From Bugula neritina (taxonomy: Eukaryota > Animalia > Bryozoa): a DNA stretch of 64,000 nt. Below the pieces are notes generated by a model. It did no database searches. It worked only from the letters and a program-made list of their open reading frames with translations, and had not been told where the DNA came from. The DNA lies in NCBI GenBank assembly GCA_964035545.1, contig OZ037767.1, positions 2,925,680 through 2,989,679 on the forward strand. Reading direction: 5' to 3'. The position numbers and the translations under genes are program-made. Of the stretch, positions 1 to 12,800 are shown one piece after another; position 1 is the first letter of the stretch, and every line of letters begins with the position of its first letter.

Positions 1-842
1 CCATTTAAACTGTTGGAAAATTGTTAAGTAGTTTCTTTATGGAGAGTCAAATTTTTAATTCAAAAGGGAATTTTTAATAAAGTTTTCACTTAAAATTTGT
101 CGTTTCCAATTTCGCCATATTTTTTCATAAGCTAAAAGTGAAGCATCTTTATGGCACATTTAACTCGGTTTCTAGTACTAGTATAAAAGAGTTTGTTCTG
201 CTATTTTTGTAAATGGACAAATAATATTCATTACTTTCTATTCAGTTTCTTTTTATAAGCAATGTTGAGAGTTATCATTCTTGATTTTATTAGAAGAGAA
301 CCTAACTTGGAAAGTAAATTATTTTTATTCTGGTAATACATATAACTTGGTAGATAAAAAATTCTGTGAAACGTAACTAGTATAATAAAATATTTCTTAG
401 CAAACAAGAAAATGGAAAGTATATAAAAAATCTGCAAAACATATGTCAAATGGAAATGAAAGTAAAATTATAGTGTTTTGTTAATAATAGGATGGAATTT
501 AAAGAAAGGTTTTATTGTTAATCTAGATGTAAAGTCAATACAGTATAATCTACTGAAAAGCAACCCACAAATTTGTGTGGTTTATTGTAAAAATATGAAA
601 GTATGCAACACGCAAAATAATGAGAATTATAATGGTGATAATTTAATAATGGTGTCTGCTTACACGATGTATAATGACTACCAGATGAGTATTACTGAAT
701 GTTCATGTATCACTTTAACTCAATTACCTGTGTGCCCTCATATGCTGCAATCACTATTAGCACGCTGTCCTAATAAATGTGTTGTGTGGTGGCCATGTAG
801 AGTGTTGGCTTGGTTTAAGCAAGTAATTATTTTTCTTCCATC

Positions 843-3800
843 ATGACTCTTATTGGGGTGTTTTTGGATTTAAAATGGTACATAATCCTTACTCTAACTG
901 TCGGTAAGCACTTTGATCTTTTTCAAAATCCTCGTGGCTGGTTAAATTTTATTTTTCACTGTAGTCTTGGATTTTATGGATATTTATTTTAATTTTTGGT
1001 ACCTTCTACACTAATAAAATTTTTCTTGTACAATATTTTACTTTTCAAAATTGTAGTAGTAGTGAAAGTTAATTTTTTCTTCTTTGTGAAAGTGTGTAAA
1101 ATTAATTATTTTGTTGTTGTGGCTACTAGTCAAACATAATTTGTTAAATATATTTGTTTTATTTATTTAAAGAAATCTCACCCTGCTATATAGTTTTGTA
1201 CAGTAAACTGCACTCGTCAGGTGTTAGGTTGCATTTATACCTTTAGACTAATGAAAACTAATGTTTTTTAATTTGAAGATATAATTTATAGCAATTATAA
1301 GATATTTATATTAAATATTGACAGTGTTTTTATTTCATGCATAAAATGTCCTGAACAAACTAATTTGAACACAAAATAACTTATTCTTGAGTTCACCTAG
1401 AGTCTAGACAGTCTCAAATCAGTTTATTTTAAATAAACTTGTTATTTTGTTGAAAAGTCAACTTTTTACTCAATGGGAAAAGCTTCAACTTTAGCTTTGT
1501 TTGTCTACAGTTAAAACAAAGCTGTAAACTTAGTTCTCAGTCAGTAAAACATTTCCTAGTAAGCTTTACTACTATTATTACTAAATTGACACATATTTTA
1601 CACAGATCTTGTGCTATTGTGTTTTGTCTCATTGTATTTTCAGTTGCCCAGATTTCAGCTACACAGTATTCTGACCAGGTGGGTCCATGTTTCATATTAG
1701 ACACACACTCAGCAGTACCTTGACACTATGCATAATTTTAATTTCTAGAATATGTATTAATATGTAACACATGAAGCATGCACTGCGCTATTTCCAGTTT
1801 GTTATTCAACTCTACACATTGTTCATAAAGGCAAATAACGAAGAAAAAGAGAGGGTGTGTGTGTGCTGTGTTTTTGTGTGTGTATGTGTGTGTTTTTGCT
1901 ACAATCAAATTAAGTTGAATTGAATTTTTCTGAAGGCCTGTAGCATTCACTGCATCATGTTTTTTGAGTAAAATGTTTCGACATTCTATGGAACATTTTT
2001 GATAGAGTTTTGTTTTCTTTCCAGGATTGTTCTCCCCATTACTTCCGTTACAATCCTAAGCACACGGCATGTATAAAGAAGGATACAACTCCAAATGGTG
2101 GAGTAAATTGGAAATGTATGTAAACAAGCTTCTTATTAACTTCTCTTCTGTAGTGATTGATGCATCGATTGAGAATTCTTAACTTGATAGTACTGAGCTA
2201 CTAAATAGCCGTATTCCTGCTTTTTTACATGATTCACCAACACAGAGTTCTGTATGCTGTAAAAGTTTGTTCTACAATACTGGAGAACAACCTTCTCAAC
2301 ATCATCTGACTATCTTTATACTACTTTCATGCAAGTTATAGTCACTATCGCTGGGACAGGAGCAATTATGACTGGATGCTCTTCCTAACATCACCAATGA
2401 ATTTTACTGAAGCGCGAACCCATGACTTCGTGTTTACTAGGCAAACGCTCTAACCCCTAGACCGCTGTAACCCCTAGACCGCTGTAACCCCTAGACCGCG
2501 GCTGCTCTCTCTATACTGATATTATTAAAGTGTTATTTAGCCTTACACAATACAGCTCTAACACACTTCTACCTTCCAATATCATGGAATTTATTGTTTT
2601 GATGTCACTGAGTTTTCTAATATATCAGAATATTTAATGACAAGAGACCTTAAAGGTTGTGATAGAGGCTAATGCAATGTAGGTGTGTTTTATAGCTACA
2701 TTCAGTAACTCGAACCAGCTAACAGTGACAGTTTCCATTGAATTTCATAATTAATACAACTCATGCCTACCCACTAAAGTGAATGCTGTGCTAACAATTA
2801 AAATGCTCATCTTTTTGGGTATTTTAAACTGAGTAAACAAATCTAATGACTTTATATGTAGTTTACATTTACATTGCACTTAGCTGAAATTATGCGATTT
2901 CATCAACTTCACATATTTTACAAGTCTACATTTACTTCAAGTGTGTAGGCTGAGCGGAGCTGTACTTAGTAGTGTAGAGTTTTGTTATCATATATTCACT
3001 CACTACCTACACGTCTTCTGTCGATGTAGGCAGCAGTAAGTGGTTTGGGGGTTAGGCATGCTTATTCTTCTTCATGACACTCTCTGCAAGGTGCTCTCAG
3101 GTGCGCTGAGTCACCTGCTTGTTCTTGTGCTGAGGATAATTAGTTTCGTATTTCGTGCAAGCCCGCTTTGTATAACTATCTGTACCATATGTTGATCATT
3201 TGAATATAAAATACCTTTTTAATTTTTTCATGTGATTTTTTTGTGAATCAAAACTTTAACAAAAGTTTTGCTGATTTTGGCTTCTTGTTGTGCAGATGTT
3301 TTCACAACTCTACCAAATGCTAAGCTAGGCAAGGCACCTGCTGACACTTGCTGGTGTCATCTACAATGTGATTGTCATGTTTTTCAGCCATGACAGATTT
3401 TGACAGACGCCTGATAGTGGAAAGCCATAACTACTTCCGAGGTAACGTGCATGTGTATAATGGTGGCAGGAGGGCATCTAACATGCTTCCAATAGTAAGT
3501 CCTTTTACTTCTGCAGCTCTCCAGCTAATGGTTTTTGTAAATAAAATTTGTTTTTAAATTGACTTTAAATAAATATAAATTAAATTACTTGTTAACACTA
3601 GTTAAACATTTTAGACAATAATGTTATGGGGTTATTATGTTTGTCTCAAGTCTACTTGATTACTGCTTCTGATTTTATAAATATTATTATGTAATGTTAA
3701 TTTCACACTATCTTGTTTACTAGTATAATTTTTAGTTTTATTAATTTTAAATTTACTTACCATTTTATAAATACACTTCTTCTATTGTTCAACTATTTAA

Positions 3801-6800
3801 TTGAACTAGTATTTTCTGGTGTAATTATTTACACAAATGGTATGGATAATTATTTAGACTACCTTACCAGTAAAAACATTTACATTGTTGGAAATTAGTG
3901 TTGAAACTTGTGAGAGTTGTCTTTTCCTGTTTGAAGGCTTTAGTTACTTTGTGTGTTCAGATTCCTCCGTGCCTGTTGTAGTCGTATGACAGAGAACTGG
4001 AGAATTTGGCTCAGCTTTGGGCTGCCAACTGTATGTTTGCGCATGATGAGTTCACTCAGCGTTATATACCAGGTAGTGGTTGTACTAGTGACTATGTGCT
4101 AGTGACTGTGTGCTATTCATTGTGTGCTATTCACTGTGTACTAGTAACTGTGTACTAGTAACTGTGTACTAGTAACTGTGTACTAGTAACTGTGTACTAG
4201 TGACTGTGTATTATTCACTGTGTACTAGTGACTGTGTACTAGTGCTCAGTTACTAGTGACTGTGTACTAGTGACTATGTGCTATTCACTGTGTGCAGTAA
4301 CTGTGTACTAGTAACTATGTACTAGTGACTGTGTACTAGTGACTGTGTACTAGTGACTGTGTACTAGTGACTGTGCACTATTCACTGTGTGCTAGTAACT
4401 ATATACTAGTGACTATGTGCTATTCACTGTGTACTAATGCTCAGTTACTAGTACACGGTTGCTAGTAATCGTGTAACTGTATAATAGTGTAACTGTGTAA
4501 TAGTCACTGTGCAATTGTAGCTGTATACTAGTGATTGTGTACTAAATATACATGTACTACTTGAAGCATTTTAGCCAGCTGTTTTATAATGCTTTTTAAT
4601 TCTTCATATCTGGTGACTTATTGATTCAAAATGCTCTGTTGTGTAATTTGTGTTTACCATCACTTCCAATAAGTTCCACTTGCAGCTGTGAACTGAATTC
4701 AGCATATATTGACACCAAGTTTAAAGCATCTGAAGATGTCTTTGTAGAACTCTCTAGATATTCATGTGAAATGTTTTGTTTGCAGGTAAATACAGTTTGG
4801 GGCAGAACTTAGCCTTGGGCCCAGTGAACTGGGAAGCCACTATGCTGTTATGGCACAACGAAGTGAAGGACTTTATTTATGGGGATAACACAGTTGCGCT
4901 GCATGCCGTTGGTAAGTGTTGGTGTTGTTCTTCTATATAAGCAGTAGTAAGCCATATGCACAGATATGTATGATATATTTCTCATGTACGAACTCAGTAA
5001 TAGTCAGGATCCAAAGAAATTGTACCAGTTATTACAAGAACATATATGTTTTGTTGGTGTTAGCATGTTGAGGTGGGACTCTGTAGGCTACTTCAATATA
5101 TTTACGTGCCATATGTTTGCTTTGCTATAATGAATAAATCAGAAAATCATATGTTAGATACTTTATATTATATTATATTATCATATAATAAACAATATAA
5201 TACAGTATATTATACAAGTATAATAAAATACATTATACAGTAGGTAATATAATATATATAATACACTAGGTAATATAATATACAATATAGTGGATAATAC
5301 AACATATATTATAGTAGAGAATATAATATATAATAAAATAGATAATACAATATATAACACAGTAGACTAACATGCTTATAACACGTTGCAGGATAATACA
5401 ATATATAACACAGTAGACTAACATGCTTATAACACGTTGCAGGATAATACAATATATAACACAGTAGACTAACATGCTTATAACACGTTGTAGGATAATA
5501 CAATATATAACACAGTAGACTAACATGCTTATAACACGTTGTAGGATAATACAATATATAACACAGTAGACTAACATGCTTATAACACGTTGCAGGATAA
5601 TACAATATATAACACAGTAGACTAACATGCTTATAACACGTTGTAGGACACTATACTCAGATGGTGTGGGCGGAGACTACAAGGATTGGCTGTGGTGTGC
5701 AGACGTGTAACGGTTCTACTCCATTCTACGTCTGCAACTATGGCCCTTCGTGAGTGTCACTATGAGTGTGAGGTCGCTATGAGTGTGAGGTCGCTATGAG
5801 TGTGAGGTCGCTATGAGTGTGAGGTCACGATGAGTGTCAGTGTCACTATGAGTGTGAGGTCACGATGAGTGTGAGGTCATACTGGAAACAAATCACGCAG
5901 TCAAGAAATTCTAATCTTTTATCCATGCTTTTACTATTGATGGTCTATTTTATAAAACTTTCACTATTTTATTTTTTGTCTTACTTTTTGCTATCTTGAT
6001 GTTTTAGTGGTAATCAAGCTGACAGAATATATGAACCGTATCAGTTGGGGAACATCGAAGAAGACTGTCCAAACAAATACAACCGAACATCTGGTTTGTG
6101 CGGTAAGTGGTTCTGGCATGTATCACGTTTACCACTACCTCACTAGTGTGCTATTAGACATCATTGGTATGTTTTTAGACCCCACTGATGTATTTTAATA
6201 TTACACACATATACCGGTAACATACAAGTATATACTACTAGTAATGTGCATAATATGTTTGAAGACTTATCTACACTTGCACACACATATACAAACAATC
6301 AAGTACTGTATGTAATTTTTATAATTATTATAAATATTAGATATTTATTATTGTATTGTGCACAGACCATGTTAGCTAGTTGAGTAGTACAGAGAGAGTG
6401 ACATCAGTATATACATAAAACATTAGCTATTTAGCTGAAAGCTTTTCATAGCTTTTTTTCTGAAAGCTTATATATTAGCAATGCTATACTACATCATATG
6501 GCTATACTACATAGTTATTTCATGTAGGATGCATCATATAGATTAGTTTGTGTTTTAGAGTGTGCTCAGAGCGTGTGTTATAACGGAGGGGTCGTAGACA
6601 CCAAATCCTGCACATGTAGATGCCTCAGAGCCTCCTGGCTACAGGAAGACAGCTGCGCCAGTATGTCTCTTTCTAATATGTTACACACACAGATTTACAA
6701 TGAGTATACTCATAGGCTTACTGTGTTACCTACACAGACAGGTTTACTGTGTTATTTACATTTACATGTTTACTTGTGTTACACACACTTACAGGTTTAC

Positions 6801-9800
6801 TGCGTTACATACATCTACATGTTTACTTGTGTTCTAGTGAAATGTGGAAGTGCTAAAGACTTGCCCATGTGTGCTGGCTGGGGCCCTTCGTACTGTCAGC
6901 TATACAGTAATGTGCAGGTTGAATACTGCCCCTTCATGTGTAACATTTGTGCAGGTAACTATCAGGCTAAGACATCTACTCTAATAGTAATGCGAATATT
7001 AAAAGTAGAACGTACTGTGTATTAAGAAGATATTTCTGGAATTTTCATTAGCCAGCCTCTAATTCTCAAGTGATGATAAATATCTTTTCTTGAGTGTAGT
7101 GTCATCTAAATTATTTAACACTGAAAACTCTTTTAGCTTTAGGATACAGTAACTTATATTGTTGAATTGGTAATTTAATCAGTCGAATTTGTCATGACAA
7201 TAATATAATACAACATCTTTGTATAAGTGGACTACTGGCAAGTGTTATTTAGAAATCTTTCAGCCAATCTGTAGTTTTTTCTGAATTAAATAGGTTCGTA
7301 GATTTAGACAGTTAGGTATTCTATGAGAGGATAGCAATGCTTAAGATAGGCAATAACTTAGAAAAACAAACATTAATTCATTTGTATATCTGACAGATAC
7401 CAGTCAGTTACCTCCACCTAAAATCGTTACACCAGCACCAACCTCCAGCTCTGATACATCTACTTCCACCTTGTCTGCAGGAGCAGCAGTTGTGACAACT
7501 GACACCCCGGTGCAGTTGCTTGAATACTGTGCCAAGGAAGAACCTGCTCTCTGTGGTCAACCTAACATGAAGACCGGATATCTACCCAAATCAATATGTC
7601 TTCAGCAATCTACAGCCAGCATCTGTCCAGCTATGTGTAACCTATGCACTGGTATGTAGTTGCTACACTTTTGAAAGCTTATATGTGTCAAGTGGTAAGT
7701 ACAGGTGTGATGGTAAGTATAGTGGTAAGTATAAATATAATGGTTGGTAAATATAATTGTAGTTAAGTTTAATGATAAGTGTAAGTATATTAGTAGACCC
7801 TATATAGTAGTGTTTTAGGTTAATATTAAGGTAGGTAAATGGTAAGTAGTTGTTGACATCATGTATGCCTGTCTGTTTGTTGTCTTGTGTATCTTTCGTT
7901 TGTCGCATAGCCCTGTTTCTACCATCACCTCTCTTTCTCTGTGTTGGGGCGTATCTGTACCCCTCTATCCACTCGTGTGTTTCAGCCCGCACTTGCAGAG
8001 ATTACTCTGAGAACTCTTACAACATTGGAGAGACTTGGATAAACATGTACGGCAGGTTTACCTGCACATCAGCTGGTGTCAGGTTCGAGAGAGGGTGTCA
8101 GACCGAAGATCGGAAAGACATCGTGCCTCTAGGCTCTAGTAGAGTTATTTCCTACGAGAACCATACTTACAGGTAAGTTTTGCTACTTACCTGCTCATTT
8201 GAGGAACTTATTTTTGATAATAGCAACTGTTGTATGTCTAGAGTTTTTTTAATGTTTTTAATTGTTTTTCATTTCCGAATTTATTCATATCTTTTTGGTA
8301 ACATATTTTTAAAGCATATGGTGGTTTAGTTGGTAGAGCAGTCGTTAAAGCATTGCCTTCATAGTGCCTGGTTTATGTACATGAAGCAGTCATAGCAACT
8401 GATTTTTTACTAGTAGTTGTCATGGTAATCACTGTATTTAGATGTAGTTATCATAGTAACCAGTTTGTTTATGTGTAGTTGTCAATGTGAGCAAGAAGAA
8501 GACGATGTGGAGAACCTTCAACGTCTGCACTGTGTACCGGTACAGCCCGAGGAACGTACTAAGATCAGTGAGTGAAGTATAACACTGCTCGAGTGTTTCT
8601 CTTCGTCTGCTAACAAACTAACCATATAAATGGCTTCAACATATTGAATACTCAGCTATTAGTGAACTGAAAACATGTTTTGTAATTCACTGCATATTAC
8701 TTTGAGTATTCTGTCATGTTTTTGCATGAAAAACTGAACCAGAACTTGAAGTAAAATTCATGATGACTGTGTTGTGTGTTTACAAAATACATGTATGGAT
8801 ATGTTTAGCTCTGAAGCCGTGTACGAGAGCAGACAATGCCCACTGCGCCCTCCCTCGAGTTGTCGGTAGATACTGGCTGAAGTCTCACTGCAAACTGAAG
8901 ATGGTGCGAAGGCTGTGTCCTGCCATGTGCAAGATATGCGCCGGTAAGAATTCTTTGACTCATTTATGTGCAGGCGTTGAGATATCCATGAGCAATCATA
9001 TGATTTATGCTGACCAGTTCAGTCAAGTCCTTACAAGTTGTGTTTATATACTGCTTTTCCATTATGAGAGTGAATGCTCATGTGGATGAATTTATGATTG
9101 CAGTTTGCATGAAATCATGGTTGTGGTTTCATTTGATGCAACTTTTTCCAAACACCGAATGAAAAATCCATTCGGAAACGCCGTGGTAGTTACAAATGTG
9201 TTTTACGTACAATTAACTTGTTAATACGACGCTGCTGTTTCAGCCACCAAATGCAGAAGATATACCAATGCTGACGTGGTTGAATTGGGGGCGGAGCTAT
9301 CTGATGATAGGAACAGTCTGTTTGTCTGTACATCCAGTGGCTGGTCAGTTGGTAAGGACCATTTAGATACAGCAATTTAATAAATTCTTGTTTAAATTAT
9401 GAATCTCACAAAAGAACGTAACTTCTTTTCCTATATTTCTCGTCTATGCTTTGTTATGATCTATCTATCTCGGCATTGTGCAACGTTAAAATATTTGTAA
9501 TATACACATAGTCTAAATATGCAACTGTAATACATTGTGTACTGTGGAAATGTTGTATGTTATATCATCATACTGGTATTGCCATCATTTTAATAAAAAC
9601 CTACTAATTCATACAAATTACTTGATTGCAAATAAGTATCATTGCAATTGATCTCAAAACGCTATTTGGTAGTCTTGGTCTGTACTTTCAGGACCTCCAA
9701 TCACCATTGATTCATCGAACCATACGGCTTTGACTCAAAATTCTAGAATTCTACGCTTTTATGGTTTCCCGTCTCTGCCTTCCACATCATCAGCTGAGTT

Positions 9801-12800
9801 GTCGTCTGCTAGCACCAGTTCAGCAGGATCTGTTGGTCAACCAGCTGTTACGATCTCGCCGTCTGCAACTACTGCCAGTATTCAGAGTATGATTGAGGCG
9901 TTTATGAATTCGTACGAAGATCCATACGCTGATGACTATCTAGATGATGATAGTATTAGTGATGTCACAGAAAGTTTCGATGACATCACAGATAATGTTA
10001 GTGACATCACAGACATTGTTGAGGACGTCACGGGGCTTGTCAGTGATGTGACAGAAGAAGTTACAAGAAGTATTGAAAAGTCACGAAATATTGGTTATGC
10101 CATAGAGGATGTCGAATATAGCATTGAGCATGTTGTTGATCTCTCTAATATTGTCCGTGTTGTTACCGAAAGTGATGCTGTAGGAGATGATTTTGTTGAT
10201 AAGTTACAAGAAGGGTCTGGTATGGTGCAGGAGTCTGTAGATTCACGTGGGTTTGACACTGAAGGTGGTGACGATGACGAACAGCACGTAAATAGTGATT
10301 CTTTAGTTCATGGAGATAATTTGTTGCTTACCTCTACCTCTGCTGTGAAAATTACACCAACTACACCAACTACACCAACTACAGTCACCATGCAAACTAC
10401 AATTATGACACCAACAACAGCCACTACACCAACTACAACTACTACACCAACTACAACCACTACACCAACTACAACCACTACACCAACTACAACCACTACA
10501 CCAACTACAGCCACTACACCAACTACAGCCACTACACCAACTAACACAGCCACTACACCAACTAACACACCAACTAAAATTGCTGTTCTAGCTACCTCTG
10601 GAAGATCTCAAAGCAATCGTCAATCTGCTCATAATTTAGTAGACAACTTCTTTCCGAACAAGTCAGGTAAATGCAGCCATGCTCTCAGCAGTAAAGTGAA
10701 ACTTAGTAACTAGTAATTTTCTGTATTCATATTAACCAAAACTAGCTTTTTATTTCAGCGCCATGTCGTATGCCTGATCAGCCGTACTGTAACCAACCTT
10801 TACCAGGAAACTCCTCCCTAACGCTCACTCCTGATCACTGTGATGTCAATGCTCTTGTATGTCCCGGGATGTGTGGCCTGTGTCAAGGTGAGCCCCCCCC
10901 CCCCCCCCCCGCCAACAAATGCAACTCATCTCTACGCAGTATATGAACTCGTTAAGGCGATGTTTTTAAGAGCTTAAAAATTATTCAATTTAAATATTTT
11001 TAAGCTTATCCCAAACAATTTCACCAACTTTAATTTGATATTTACTATAATACTATTTACACTAATTTGCTATTATTTATATTATTTACTAACACATAAG
11101 TTCTAAGGTGAAAATATTGCTACAAGTTAAATTTTTTACCATTGATAATAATCCCAATATGATATTTAATAAGTTGTTTTATTCCTAGAATAAATGGAAT
11201 AATTCACTGAAACACTCTCTGCAAATTTTCTGGTGCAAATTTCTGTGGATCTCATTGCAGTGACAGAGTGTCAGGATTACAGCCGGCAGTTGTATGGCAT
11301 TGGGGAGAGCTGGAGCAGTCAGTACGCTAAACTCACTTGCACGACAACTGGCGTCGTGTCTCAAAGAGGTAAGACAACTCTAAAAATACTGTAGATGTGT
11401 TCGCTGTAAGTATGTTTCATGCTATGAACTTGTTTAGGTAAGTTTCTATACTCATCTGTGGTTTTGCTGGTTGTAACTAAACAATCTTTTGATGTTTAAC
11501 ACTTCTGGTGTTGATAAAAAAATAGACAAACTACCAAAGTAGTTTTTTATGCAAATACCTTGTAATTTAGTTGTTATGCTTTTAAAATTTTTATACTAAG
11601 TATAAATGTTATGTGTTTTTTTTTGTAATCCTATTACATTTTTTCCATGCTACTACATGCTTTTCATGCAACTACATACTTTTCAGTTACAGAGCTTGTA
11701 AAAATAGAAGAGTTTAGCTAAGTAGCTAAGTTTTGCTGCATGCAATGCTTGATTCTCTGCCATTAGGACCAGGTGCTCCAACATTACCAGGATGACATAT
11801 GCATTGTCACTTGGAGATGACACTGCTTGTAAAGTGGTTTGTAAACAGTATAAGCTGTTTGACAGGTTGTTACTACGAAATGCTGCGACAGTTCATCAAG
11901 GCAGGTGAAACTCTCGAACACGAAGACGGGTTTTTGAACCACAGGTGTTTCTGCAATGTCACGCAGACCAATCAGAAGTGGACGCATGACTTGCAGTGCA
12001 ATACGTCAGTCGCTACGAGTCAAAGGATTACAATAGCACCCACCAACGGTTGGTTAGAACACATTGCATATGCTAACTTGAGTTAGAATAGCACTTTTTA
12101 GTGATTGGTTAGAACACATTGCATATGCTAACTTGAGTTAGAATAGCACTCATTGGTGGTTGAATAGAACACTGTCTATAATACATGTTATAAATTTTGT
12201 GTCAGTTACCACAAGTTGGGAAAGTTTTTTCATTTTACAAAGCAGCAAGATTTTGTTCGTTGTTAACATTTTTCCATAAGAGAGTCAATAATACATGTTT
12301 ATTTATTTACAAGTTACTCTATTGATTGTAGAGCCGTGTCGCGTTCCAGACAGCCACCGATGTACTGACCCATACTACATACCAACTGACTGTGAAAGTA
12401 TCCATGTCTCCTCCATATGCCCTGCCATGTGTGGTAAATGCAAGGCTGTGCAGTGCGAGGACGTCTCGTCTAATACATACGATGTGGGGGATTCGTGGAT
12501 CTCAAGCTATGGCAAGGTCACCTGCACAGAACGAGGCATGCAGACTGCACGAGGTAAAGTACAAACTATTCAATAGAACAAAGCTTTGGATCAATGAAAT
12601 ATGTCTTTAGATTGTATTATTTTATGTACCTTCTTGATAAAACTTACAAAGATTTAATTTTATAGAAACTTGAAACTTTGCCACCTTTAGTTAACTCAGA
12701 ATCGTGAGCATCCTACCAGTACACTTTTTCAAGCTTTAACTATTATATTTGTCTAGAAATTTTTTTTATTACTGTTAAGAAGCGTAGAAGATCCTATTTT

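Larger units (their letters stand above)
2025..6102 (+). other. CAP/SCP domain exons of gene 1
   Basis: YNPKHTAC...[10 protein letters not shown]...[28 protein letters not shown]...GQNLA...WHNEVKDF...[17 protein letters not shown]...[10 protein letters not shown]...PYQLG: the classic CAP signature motifs. Confidence 0.95.

Noticed and set aside
478-846. 122-aa ORF upstream of gene 1
   Set aside because: Non-ATG start, no recognisable domain or splice support; probably 5' UTR or intergenic sequence.
5266-5628. Repetitive minus-strand ORFs ([17 protein letters not shown])n
   Set aside because: Translation of the 51-bp intronic minisatellite.
5341-5646. CRISPR-like appearance of regular arrays (also 23205, 38531, 50893)
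   Set aside because: Head-to-tail units with no unique spacers, no cas genes, and a eukaryotic intron context.
9117-9500. GC-richer intronic block with GGGGGCGGAGCT (similar blocks at ~18670, ~45740, ~60560)
   Set aside because: Probably transposon remnants, but I could not define termini or TSDs, so they are not called.
10308-10568. Val-rich minus-strand ORF resembling a membrane protein
   Set aside because: Antisense shadow of the Thr/Pro coding repeat.
10893-10910. Poly-C run after a donor (also the G run at ~55416)
   Set aside because: Simple homopolymers of uncertain length with no evidence of function.
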